DNA of 64,000 nucleotides from positions 26,807,233 through 26,871,232 of the forward strand of contig OZ316892.1 of assembly GCA_973895155.1 (NCBI GenBank). The letters run 5' to 3'. The position numbers and the translations under genes are program-made. The stretch is from Marsupella aquatica (taxonomy: Eukaryota > Plantae > Marchantiophyta). The notes under the pieces are model-generated. The model saw only the letters and a program-made list of their open reading frames with translations, was not told where the DNA came from and searched no databases. Every line of letters starts with the position of its first letter. Position 1 is the stretch's first letter. This document shows, piece by piece, positions 11,341 to 23,757 of the stretch.

Positions 11341-12329
11341 TTACTTTTCTTGATACATGGACCAAAAGAGTGGTAATTTGAAAAAATAAAAAACAATCAT
11401 GGCAATGATGTAAATCCCAGAACCCAAAAAACCTCAACTTGAGACTACTCAATGTACTCCTGACTCCTTTCTCTCCTATGGGATGGGGATGGCCAGGTCA
11501 CTAGGTGCAAGGCCTAGGTAACTTTGATGAGCTCTGAAACTAGGTATTGACCAGAACATTATCTTAAAATATATGCGGCACCCACCTCCATGCCTACGGG
11601 CACAATAAGTATTTAAAAAACAGAGAAGAACACACCTACGGTGCATGGAGTAATTAACAGAGAAATGATTGTTTACAATTAGACAATAGTAGTCCCAACA
11701 AAGTTGAGTAAAACATGATGATGCTGGTTTGTTAATTAAATTGATATGCTTAAAACCAACGGACTTTCAATTTCCAACATCAACATGGCTTGGGTTCAGT
11801 GCTTACATTAGAGGATCAGATTTTAACTTTGACACCTGCACTTTGTGTATTGTTTGGAATAGCCTAATCATGATTTGACCTCTATGAATGTGGTGAGCTT
11901 GACTCTTAGAGACCCATACTTCTCAAAGTAGATAGCGCTTGGTGACCTGGGCATTCTCCCACATGACCCGGCACTTCCCCCTAGCACTATCTACTATATA
12001 AATACAAAGTACAAATGAATAAAATATTCATAAAAACATTACTGAAATATAACTATATTTATGGAAAGAGGTTGATGCTTGGATGGATTGGAGCATTTGA
12101 CCTCAAAACTCCAAGCACTTTTTGACATGCAAAAAGGTGTTCAATGAATCCCAGGTATGTGTGGGTGGGGTGTAGTGGTGGGAGTATTGATTATCCCCTC
12201 AGCCCTTGGTTGCATGCTTTGGGGTTCTGGTTTAATCCTCTCTTCCTCCTGGTTTAAGTCCCTGTCGGATCCTTGGGTATTGTCCCCTTGTGGCTACCCT
12301 ACATAGAAATGCATGCTCCAGAGCATGAC

Positions 12330-13260
12330 GTCTATCCTCTGTTGGATGGGCCTGCTTTCGGTTTTCAAGGCAAAAATAGACACCCATTGTCTAAAGGAGG
12401 TCGTGCGGACAAAATTTGCGGGATAAGGACCCACTCTACACGAAAAACCCCACATGCTTGCAAGAAATGGTCAAAGATAGGGTGTAGAGCCCCATAGACA
12501 TCCAAAGCAAGTTGGTAAAACAAATCCCAAGGGTAGTGAGGAAAACATGCTTCCTCCTTGAATCAGGCTGGCTGCAGCATGAGTCCCGGAATTATGGGCA
12601 GCCAGCAACCACAAAAATGGGTCCGCTCTCTGCAATGACCATATCCCCTAGGGTACAATGTCCTGTTGTAGAAAAGACAATATCTGGACAAGATCCATTC
12701 ATGGTTTGTCTAGTGACCAAACCTGAGTAACTATACAAACCCATTCTCAAGTGTTGTGATGGGTCTTGTAGCACTAAAAGGATCTCCCATGGGTCTCACA
12801 CATACAAATCCAAAGGCTCAACTAGCAACTATGGGTCCTTGCCGCATTGCACAAGTAGCATCTCTCAAGGTCACCTTCCCTTACATGACTTGAGCTTTGG
12901 AAGCCAACCAACCTCCCTTGCTTCCACTTAGTTATCAAATTAGGGATTTCCTACAAGTCAGCTGCCCACCAGCCCACGTAATGACTTGTTGGGATCGTCA
13001 ACATGATCACAAGCTCCTTGATGGCTGTGGACGTGTCTTATGGCATTACGATCAGGCCAACTTGGTGCTCACTCTACGCTGTGGGGTCTGACTTCCAGCA
13101 AACTTCCAAAGATGGTAACTTCCGTGCCTTAGCCTCTTTGGCTAGAGGGTAGTCGTGCCATTCCGGATCCAGGTTCATAGACACCCCACATAACACCAGT
13201 GATTTTGCCAGGGAGGTACCGGTGGGGTAGACCAAGTCCAAGGCACATGGCCATGGAAAA
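12330..13260 (-). mobile_element. Decayed RLE-type (CRE-like) non-LTR retrotransposon, C-terminal part
   Basis: Minus-strand fragments in the expected order across frameshifts: FSMAMCLGLGLPH (from 13260; cf. F..AL.LRLGLP), LCG...LDPEWH (degenerate zinc knuckle), PDIVF..GH..LGDMVIA (12687-12631; PD..D nuclease motif), LALDVYGALHPIFDHFLQAC (12511-12452), FRQWVSI (12395-12375; cf. FRQR.S..LQ). Confidence 0.65.
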
Positions 13261-15987
13261 GACAATTAAATCAAAGCAATAGGTGTCACTAGCTCAACAC
13301 ATCACCCTAAGAAGCAATATGTGTTAAATAATATTGCCTCAGCCCCATAATATTATACAACCTGAAATATACTCTTTGGTCGTGTAAAGGGATTATCTCA
13401 GTAGTGGACCATGCTTGGCCAACTATACCAAATGTCTTGCTAGGCCCTGGGGGTGGGCTCAGGGTGAGAGTCACTTTTCTAAGTCCACTGTCTATTTATT
13501 CATACCTGAATCTTTCCCCTAGATATGGGCCAGGATATGGGGAACCTACCAACCAAAACAGTGGTAAAACGAAGACACAATTATTAGGCCAGGAAAAATT
13601 ACTATGAAAGAAAGAGCAATTGAGACCTTAACATCAGTGAAACTTTAGAAGAAAATATAATATTTTGAAAACTTTTGATGGAAAACCACACAAGAGCAAG
13701 CCACACAACTTTGTTCAAAACCCCGTTTCATACATCTGTATTTTTCATGTAATTTTTACACTTAGGCTAGATGTGCCACATCCGTATAGTGAACCGTCTC
13801 CTGGCAAAATATCATTATAATCTCCGAACAAAATAAAATCCGAAAGGTTCCAGAGGAAAAACAAGAGCTCCTTCCATCATGGTAATCCGCTATTAGTTTA
13901 TAAATCTTTTCCTTGGCATAAGTAGAATTAGGACCGTTGCCAAGCTTCCACTTGTGAGTCAGTGACTCCCACTGAATATCGGGTTTCGAGCACACCACCT
14001 AAATCATTACCTGCTATCTGGAATAACTTTCTTAGGGAGTGCAGTTTAAATTTTGTTGCAAATGTAACACATCGATGCACTCTGCATAGTGAATTCTCTT
14101 TATCTACTTGTCTATCTATATCTTATCCAAGATGACAGCCACTTTGGGGTGAGATCAGAACAATTGTGACAAACCCCTCTCAGTAAACACAATTCAAGAC
14201 TACCCTCCTGAATTACAGTTTTCTAATTGAAAGGTTTTTCAACGAAGCCTTCTCTAGGGATTCTCTGAATGAAATTGAAGCACTTAGTCCAAGTTTGACC
14301 AGACAAACTTAGTCTAAGTGTTGGAGTGTTCTTTAGATTGATGATTGGGAAAAAGTAGCAAGACTTTGTCCACATCCTAATCAATCAAAGGATAGATATT
14401 TGGCCAGCACTTAGGTAGTCGTAGCAAAATAAAAATTAATTTGTCCTATTCCATCTTTGTTTATGAGCAGGGCTTTGTGACATCTTCCTCTGTGCATGCA
14501 ATCTCCAAGTTAGTTTCAAGTATTGTTGCATCAAAGATCCCAAACAAACAAGGGCCTCTCTTTTATGCCACTTGAGCTTAATGTACACCAAAAAGTACAA
14601 TATTTAAAAACTATAGTATGCAATCTCACTCTTTTTTTGTCATGGTCTGTTTATGAAATGTCATTTTTGGTTGGAAATATCCTTAGCTATTGGATTATGG
14701 TGACGTTTTTCCTAACCATGCCAATGCGTCACTGTTCACACCCAACCAATCACTTTCCCCAACTTCACACTTGTTGAAATCCAGTTGGCAGGCTAAGCTC
14801 CCAGTCATCTCACCTATCCTTGACAACACTTTACTCAACATTAATTACTATTAACAAAGTCCGTCAGCCCCAGCGACAAACATTGCAGAATGGCAAACAG
14901 ATTAATGTTAGCCCATAACTGTGGTGACATGGAAAATTGGAGGACACAAAGGGAATGCACATTGGCCAGAACCAAGGTTTGGGCACACTGCATAGAGGCC
15001 CCCTCATCACCTGTGACATTTTTAAGCCCTGTACCCCCTAAAATGTGAGAACAAAATTTTAATTTTTAAACCCTGTAAAATTGAAATAATCTGAAAATTT
15101 GATTAAGAGGACCCTAATGTTCTTACAAGACTCAAAATTGTATTTAAAAGACCCTAAATTTCTTCCAAAAAAATTTCTAAGTCTTCCCTTACAACCAATA
15201 AAACTACCATATTCTTTGTCACACGTGATGTGCCAATTCTATGGAAGTGAAACCCCCGAGTCAACACAGTTTGAGGAGGATGCACTTGGCGACCAACATC
15301 ACTAGTGATTCATTTGCAACCAGCCGTATTGGGATCCTATAAATTATATCATTTGCACACAGTAGAGTTTTCAGTAATGTGCCTGAAAGCAGGTGAATCA
15401 TCCCTTATTTTCACTTGGATACAGGGTCTGTGAGTTAAGTTTTCAACCCAATATGACCTCCTGTGTATTCAAATAAGGGGTGAAATTTCATTCATCCTTC
15501 TGGAACTGGCTTTATCATCTGTCACCCTGAGTTTGGTGTGTCAGACTTTGCATGTGCGTGATGCCATAGGGGCTTTGAGAATGAGTGTGCTGACATAGAG
15601 ACTTTGAGAACACAAGTGTTGTCATAGAGGCTTCATGATTGAGTGAACATGTATGTTGTGTGCGGCTCTAAATTTGTTTCCCATGATCTTCGCTGAAGCT
15701 GCTACTGCGCATAACTTGGACTTTGCTTAACCCTCTACATTTGCTGCTGAGTTTCTTGTTTGTTTTTTAGAACATTTCTTTGAACGTTCTCAGTGCAAAC
15801 CATGGGCTATCTTCACAAGTAGCTTGGAGCTTGCCTTGAATGATTTTGTGCTGCTCTGATTCACTAGAAGCTTCTGTTGCTCAGCATGTCTATGTCTTTG
15901 CTCAACTTGCAATTTTGAGATACAAAACTCAACCTCAGTTTTAGTGAGTTGGCAGGTCTCAGAAGCCTTTTTACTATTGTACTTGGC

Positions 15988-16233
15988 TGGGTCTAACTCA
16001 CCTCACTTTGGGGAATTTCATCCTCTACATTTAATTACAATAACTCAAATATATTATCACATTTTGATCTGGGTCTAACTCATCTCACTTTTGGGAATTT
16101 CACCCTCTACATTTACTTATAATAACTCAAGTATATTATCACATTTTGATGCTTGATTATCTGGGTCTAACTCATCTCACTTTTGGGAATTTCACCCTCT
16201 ACATTTACTTATAATAACTCAATTATATTATCA
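15988..16233. repeat. Tandem triplication, ~82-92 bp unit
   Basis: tgggtctaactca..tcactttt.ggaatttca.cctctacattta.tta.aataactcaa..tatattatcac at ~15988, 16070 and 16162. Confidence 0.9.
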
Positions 16234-16250
16234 CCGTGATTACCGGCAGG

Positions 16251-16390
16251 GATATTTGAGGACCCCATATTTGAGACCCCCTAGTGTTAGGTCTTTCTAT
16301 CTATTCAGGATGATCAGGATATTTGAGACCCGATATTTGAGACTCTATATTTGAGACCCCTAGTGTTCGGTCCTTTCTATCTATTCAGGA
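16251..16390. repeat. Nested short duplication (ATATTTGAGACCC x5 within two ~65-80 bp units)
   Basis: atatttgagaccccctagtgtt.ggtc.tttctatctattcagga occurs twice, with extra atatttgag(a) copies. Confidence 0.85.
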
Positions 16391-19300
16391 GCATGATAAG
16401 GTGTGATTGCAGCTTCCCGTACAACAATGGTGGATCCCATTACAATACTCCTTCTGCCCGTGTCTCCGAGTCTGGTCTGCCTGGCAGTGCTCACCTTTCC
16501 TTTCCTTTCCTTTCCTTTGCGTGCAGAGAAATAAATGCAACGAGACATCGGTGGCCGGCCAACTAACAATTTCCTGGAGGTTGGGAACATCGAAGAAGAA
16601 TGCCTGATGAGTGATGATCGAAAGCGTCGTCGGTTGCCACTTTTTCCCTTTCGGTTCGCCATTGTTCTTTCTTCGAGGTCAAGTTGCTGGTTGGGGAACG
16701 TGTCCGTGCGACGCACACTGTGCGTAGATTTGCAGGCACCAGCCTACTGTTGTACCGTGGAGGAGCTTGCAAAGGTGATGGCAGGAAGTTGCTGCTAGTC
16801 TAGCTACCACTGGAGCTTCAGCGACAGTACAGTGCGTTACTAGTGCCTGACTTGGCAGGCATGCGGTCACGAACGTCAACAATTCAATAAGAAATAATTG
16901 ACTTGTCTGCCCCGACTCAGCTTCTCAGAACAAACCGCGGTTGACACCTCGGTCTGGCTCTAAAACCTTCCACGAGCTTTTGGAGTTGGTGTTTTCGTCG
17001 CTTGGAGATCACGAGATTTTCGACGCCATGATGCGAAAGTGAGCGCATCATGGCGGAGTTGGAGTTGAGAGGCAAAATCATCATCGCAGCTGATGATTAA
17101 ATTCTAATAAACGACAGGAGTTAGTCCAGTAAACCCTAGCTTCTTGAGTACTACTCTGCGGGGAGTAATCTAGTCGGGGAGGCGCTGCTGACGCGCAGTC
17201 CCATCATCACCGGTCATCATTGAAATTCGATCTCCTCGCTCCTCTTGAAATGCGCTCATTAGTCAAGGGAAAAAATCTCATCTGGTCGGTTAAGTCTTCA
17301 GAGTCGATTAGTTATCAAATGGAAACAATTCTGATGGCATGTGTGATTGGTCCAGCCTTGAAATTCGCTTTCGTCGTCTGTCTTGGCTTGAAATGCGCAC
17401 AGTAATCAAGAACGAAAAATTCTCTTCTGGTTGATCTGCTACTGTAGCTCCTGTCGTCCTTCGCTCCAAGCTCCTACCCTACCCTCTGCAGAGAGGCACG
17501 GCTATCGTTGGCTTCAGTGTCGGGCCGGCAGACGGACTTTTATTTGGACACGAAATTCACACTTTTGCTGACGGATAATGGCGTCCAGATCCGTAGTACC
17601 TGTACCGCAATTTTTCGTAAGGTACCGCACCAGCAGGTCTAGCACCAGCCCATCCTACAACCTCATCTCCCGGCATTCGCGCCCCACACTGCATCACCGA
17701 GTCTTCCAGCAAATCTGTCACCCGTGATCGTCTTCCTCTCGAGGATGGCTTGGAATCGCGTGGAGTCATCAGTGGATCCGAGTCTGTGGCGGAGGGAGGG
17801 AATATTGTTATCATTGGGTCTCCGCATTCATCACACGTCGGTTGTTGGCTACTGTAGCTATTGCGCGGGCGCTCTATTGTGAGCTATGTCTAAACCTCTC
17901 CGCACTAAAAAACACTACTTGTAGCCATGAGGTCCGTCTGGTCCGGGCTCGGTTGGTGGTGCTGCTGTAACGCCGTTGGTGATGAGCGCCGCTGCAAGCC
18001 AAGGCCGGCCAACTGGCATGGCCATGCCCTTACTTTCCACTACAAAAGCATCAACTGCTTTATCGTATTGTATTGGCGATTCCGAAACATTTCCCTCCTT
18101 GTTTGTTTCACAGATCTGTTCAACTCTTCGCATTGAATGGCGTTCTTCCTCTCTATATGTAGAAGCTGCGATGTGACAACGATAGCAGTAGTAGTCTAAA
18201 GCCCGGTAGCTCGTCGAAGGCGACGGTGCTAGGAGGTGATCCATGCTGCTCCAACTGTAGCCCTCGTCGTCCTCCGTCTAAAAGGACGAGTGCCTCTATA
18301 CTGCCTATTAGGTTATGTCGCGATTCGGATAGGAGAACGGGGCAGCGAAGGCCGAGGATGAATCAGGTCTTGTGGAGAATGAGAGCAGCCTCGCCCAGTC
18401 ATGAGCAGGATACTGTTATCGATGTACCATTCGGTCACTCTAATGGCCATAGATCCGCTTGCGTCATGTCCCTCGACTTGAAGCTTCCCCTCTCTGTGCA
18501 GCTCTACGTTCCTGAGATTTCCGCTTTAATCTGTCATTTCATGTCGATCTGAATGTTCGGGGCTTAGCTTCGATGTATGGAGACGTCACTGGTTGAGCTC
18601 TCGGGGAAATGTGTAGACCTCATCTTCTGACACACTTGGCTTCGATGCAGATAGACCTCTTTGTCTTGTTTTACTGACATGTACCACATCTAGGAAGGGC
18701 TAACCTTTCTTGCACTCACCAGCTTACATTCTGCAGGCATCATCTTTGTTGGCTCTCTGATTAGGTCGATTCCTGTAGATATCGAGGTGTTTGCTTCCTA
18801 TCATCTCTTTCGGCCTCGATTTTCGCTGAACTTTTTTTGTTTGTTTGCATTTTCATCTTCGATTTCTGGTTCACCGTTTTCGCTCTCATACTTTGGATTC
18901 ATGTGGAGTGCACTGTTTCTATTCTCACAGATTCTATTCACGTGGACCTCACGGATTAGCCTGCGTAGCCTCGACACACTTCTCGAGTTTGTATGTCTGT
19001 CGCAGATTTGGTGTCTTTCTTTTCGATCCCTGTGGCTTCCATGCAGCTTGAGTGGGAAGAGAGGGACGTACTCTGGAAGAACGGTTCTGCTTAGTCCTTG
19101 CTTAGACTGGCCTGGAGTGTTCTATAACCATTTTCAATCTGATATAGGAGCTATTCCAAGAGTTTTTGCGTCGATTAGATCTAGCTATCAGTTATAGCGA
19201 ATGACTCTTGATGATTGAGGCTACTCTAGACATTTGTGGCGAAGTGGATCGAATTCCCGCAGCACGGATTCGCGAGGGACTTGCCATGAGGTGCCACAAA

Positions 19301-20364
19301 TGATGGACTTGGAAACATTTGTATGGTCATTGCGGGTTGCGGATGATTAGCAGACACTGTTGTCCCGGGCTCTTTCGTGTCTTATGCAGTTGCTGCTATG
19401 TCTACATGCAAGGCACTTCTGTATCGATGAATTGCAGTTGGCTTCGAATGACGGGATTTTAGTTGGCAGGTGATACTTCCCAAAGTGGGTGACGATATTA
19501 TCCTTGGCTGGGAACGGCGGCAAACGAAGGACTTTTGGCCTCGGCTATCGTTGATTCGGATGGCATGCAGCGGCAGGAGTCGTTATGGAGTATCTCTTTT
19601 TTGGATCCACATGTACATGGGAAAAGGCCAGTTCCCATGGATGAGGATGTTTCTTAGGTTTGGTGTGATGCGCGGAGGCCTTGGGACCTGTTTGTACAAA
19701 CGCCATCCCATTCTTTGAACCATTCTTATTCATGTGAATGGGGTTCTTTCCGTGCTTTTGTGGCTCCAATCCAGAGGTTGTGACAGCTTTCGAACTTGCC
19801 CGGTACAGCTCAATGTATTCCCCTTGTCGGCGGCCATTACTTCTTCCACGAGACTTATGTTTCAGTACCTGTCCCGACAGTTTTTTGCTCTTAGGAACGG
19901 AAACCATTGGAACCGAGAATTGTCTGCTCCCAGACAGGTTTTAGGTTGGTTATAAAATATGACTGGTAGATCTTTAGTTCTGAAATTCTTGGTGCAACCT
20001 GATGGAAGCTTTTCTTTTCCCACATACAGTAAGTACCCATGAAATGAATTCGCCTTTGGTCACCAACTCCAAAATTATTTGCCTCAGATGCAAGAGCCTG
20101 TTTCTTTTCTTCCCAACCCATGAAACAAGATCATTTACCATCCCCGTGTATATGTGCATACTGGAAGAATCTAGGATAAAAGGTTACTGCAGTGGCTGAC
20201 GAATAGAGCATTGGATTTGACAAGATTGGTTTACCCGGTTGAAGATCACGCACTGGGTTTGAAGATACCACCGCAGGGGTTGAAGCTGTGGTAGTGCTTC
20301 CCTGCCACAAGCGAACTGTGATATGCGTAATGAACGTTTGAAGATAAAATTTTGTGGGACGGGT

Positions 20365-21150
20365 CCGCTGTGTAATCTGTTAAGTTTCCCATGACGAGTT
20401 TCTCGATCCCATAGGTTTGGCTTTGAGATCTATCAGAGAAGTATCCGATCACGAGTTTCTGCTCTACCTTAAGGTCGGCTTTGTGATCTGTGAAAAGTAT
20501 CCGATTGAGTGATCGCTGAGTAAAGTACAAGACAAGACTAAGGGAAACTTGCCTTTGGGCCAGCTTTACAAGGACAAGACTACTTTCACTTTAACGTTTG
20601 GCCTTCACTTCAACGGTGGCTTTGTGATCTGTCTGTGAAAAGTATCCGATTGCGAGTTTGGCTTTCATCATAGGGCTGGCTTTGTCTGTCAGTGAAAATA
20701 GGCTTCCGAATACGTATTTCTGTGATTCCATAGGTTTGGCTTTGAGATCTGTCAGAAGTATCCGTTCACGAGTTTCTGCTTCACCATAGGGTCGACTTTG
20801 TGATCTGTGAAAAGCCTCCGTTAGCGAGTTTGCGAGTTTGTGAACAGTATCCCATTTCGAGTTTGGGCTTTCACCATAGGACCGGCATTGTAATCTATCA
20901 GTGAAAATAGGGTTCTGCGACATTGGTCCGTTTTGTGATCTGTCAGAAGTATCCCAGTACGAGTTCTTTCCGTTAGGTTCGGCGTCGTGATCTGACAGAA
21001 GTATCCGATCCGATTGCAAATTCCTGCTGTACCATTGGGTGGTGGGCTTTGTGATCTGTCAGAAGTATCCGATTTCGAGTGTCTGCTTCACCATAGCCGG
21101 CTTTGACTTCTGTCAGAAAATATCGGATTACGAGTTCCTGCTTTTGCCGG
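20365..21150. repeat. Degenerate minisatellite, ~55 bp unit, ~13 copies, interrupted at ~20515-20590
   Basis: Consensus ~GGCTTTGTGATCTGTCAGAAGTATCCGAT..CGAGTTTCTGCTTCACCATAGG recurs through the interval; the minus-strand ORFs here reflect the repeat. Confidence 0.85.
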
Positions 21151-21974
21151 CACTGCCACAATTGCGCACGCGCTTTACTACCAAGCATTCATTGTTGCTG
21201 TTCTCATGTTCTTTCTTCCACGTTCGGATATGAAACTGGTGCACATGTTCCTTCTTCCACGTTCGGATATCGCGCTTCAAGTTCTTTGCTCTGATTCGTT
21301 TGGTTGAAGATCGCAGTGGGATTCCTCCAGAGCATTCACCACTGGCACGCCTCCATCGTGCGCTTCCGTGGTCCCCAAGCCACACGGACGGACATGAGTT
21401 GAAAACCTTCCACCATCTCCGATCTGGAATAAACTGGTTAGTACGTTTCCGAACGTAAAGCTTTAGACACAGCCCACTACAGCATTTCAGTCGTTGAGAA
21501 GAGACTGAATTCTGGAGATGGATCCGTGTGAATTGATTTGGCACTCATTGAAGGTGTGATTGGTTTCATGGCCAAGACTATCCGTGAACTGTGAACATGT
21601 TTTGCAGAAAGTGTGGAATTTTTATTCTGGACGTGATGTAAGCACTGTCACCCACCATTAAGCTTTCAGTTGAAGTTTTTCGAACTTGACATGGCGAAGA
21701 AATCACACACCTTATTACATGTAAAACTTGTCATCTTTACACCTTCCATGGTGAGCACAGCCTGGCTGTAATTGCATATCAAATAGTGAAAGAGTGAATT
21801 GTCCTATGTGGCAAGTGCCCATAGGTGAAAAGATACGTAAGCCCTTTGTTTTGTTTGTCTTGGGAAAAGAGTAATCTACTCGGGAAATAGTCTCCTCTCG
21901 AACCACCATTAACCATGACCAAAACCTGGTTTCACCATAAATAGAATCATTTCCTTAATTTCTGGAGCAATATG

Positions 21975-22210
21975 GAATGAAGAATGAGAGGAAAGGAGAA
22001 CTATTGGAAAATTCCCCTTTTATATGGCCAAAGAAGAATAATGAGAGGAAAGGACAACTATTGGAAACTTCCCCTTTTATATGGCCAAAGAAGAATAATG
22101 AGACTAAAATGAAAAAGAGAACTATTGGACACTTCCCCCTTTTATATGGCCAGAGTAGAAGAATGAGAGGAAAGTGAAAAGGAGAAGTATTGCACACTTT
22201 CCCCTTTTTA
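21975..22210. repeat. Tandem repeat, ~57-64 bp unit, 4 copies
   Basis: aatgagaggaaagga.aactattggaaa.ttccccttttatatggccaaagaagaat repeated. Confidence 0.9.
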
Positions 22211-23574
22211 GATGACTAGTGGCACCCTTGTACTTATATGGCATGTGCCCAGAGCTAAACTCAATTTCCATAGCTGAACTAAATTTCCATACCATGACAA
22301 ACGTGATGCTTATATCTATGGACCTTGTGAGTTGATAATCCACATGCGATCCACACTACCCTACAGACAGGAGGTGGAAAATTATGGAGTATCAGAGTAC
22401 AAGTAAAGAGAGTTACAAATTTTATATACAGTATTACTATCACCTTATATTAATAAAAAGTCTAGAGAACAATTTGAAACTAGAATAGAACAATCTGAAA
22501 CGAGAATACATAAACAATTGCTAATTTTATAAATGGAAACACATAGATTACATGTGAAAAATTGAAATAGTTAAAATTACATGATCTACTGGAATTGCAT
22601 TGGAAATTATTTTTATGATCAAACCCATTTGAATAAAGTTTGCAAACTCTAGTCAAATTGCTTTTACATAGGGGGTAAGTCTACATTTCTGAAAATACAT
22701 ATCTGAGTATTTTATAATGTTCCTCAGTCCATCCAACCTTAATACTTGCTGTTCAAGTGGGAGAAATTGAAAAAGTTGAGAATATTCTTTGATACAAGCA
22801 CATCGTCTCCCAAGTGTTACTAATTTTCTACATACAACGATCGAAACTCATGGGACATGCAACTTTTGCTTGCTGACCCTGTGCAGGAAACAAAGTAACG
22901 AATCAGCAAACCCGGGAACAAACCCAACCAACCAGCAAATACTACAAGGGGTGATCACAAACGCACACTTTAATAAATTTCTACTGCAAGCACAATAGGA
23001 GTGTTGCCTTGGTAGTATCTATTACCAGCCCCGATGACCTGTTCAAGGAACTCAAATAGATATGAATAGAAATAAAATCACAATAAAATTTATATGTTAG
23101 AGTATTTTGGTTAGTGTTTGCTCCATCCTTGTTTTTTGTCCATACTCATTTCAGTTTTATCTTATTTATAGTAAATGTCACTTTTGTCCATCATTTTGAC
23201 CTTATTGAACTTTATTCTTAGTTTTGTCTGTATTGAGAGTTAGGGTCTAGAGTCTTCACTCTAGACCTAGGCCCTTTAGAGTAGGCTTCAGTTGATGCTT
23301 TTAAAGTAAGATGGACCTGCAATTAGTAAGCTCCACAGTGTGTAGTTTCTTGAGCCAGCTGAATTTCTATGGTTCTCCACAAAAGTAGGCCTTGAAAGTA
23401 AGCATCTAATCTGCACCTTTGATGAGGAAATTCGCCAGTATCCTTAATTTTGAAGCGTAATGTGTGAAAGGGTGAAAATGAGGGATGGGACTCATTTGCC
23501 CGTGGAAATGCATGAAATTGTGCTTGGAAGGGCTGAAAGTGACTCAAGAGTGAGGGGTATGCGAGCACCTGGTT

Positions 23575-23757
23575 ATGGGCTATGGGTATGGGACTTGAGG
23601 GCTAAGGTCATAAACTACCAGTATGGGACTTGAGAGCTAAGGTCCTAGCCTATAGGTATGGGAGTTGAGGGCTAATGTTATGGGCTCTGGGTATGGGACT
23701 CGAGTGCTAAAGATATTTAGCTAAAAGTATAGGACTCGAGGGCCAAGGCTATGGTTT
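23575..23757. repeat. Degenerate ~34-37 bp tandem repeat, ~5 copies
   Basis: gtatgggact(t/c)gag(g/a/t)gctaa recurs at ~23586, 23621, 23656, 23691 and 23728. Confidence 0.8.

Noticed and set aside
13762-13998. YH...F.SG..RILF, faintly like a helicase C-terminal motif
   Set aside because: Too short, spacing wrong, no other helicase motifs nearby.
20265-20340. EDTTAGVEAVVVLPCH, resembling part of a RING-H2 domain
   Set aside because: Other zinc ligands are absent, and it is on the opposite strand from the CxxC frames at 17557-18244.
20591-21019. 142-aa minus-strand ORF with repeated RILLTD motifs
   Set aside because: Translation of the ~55-bp minisatellite; the frame changes between units.
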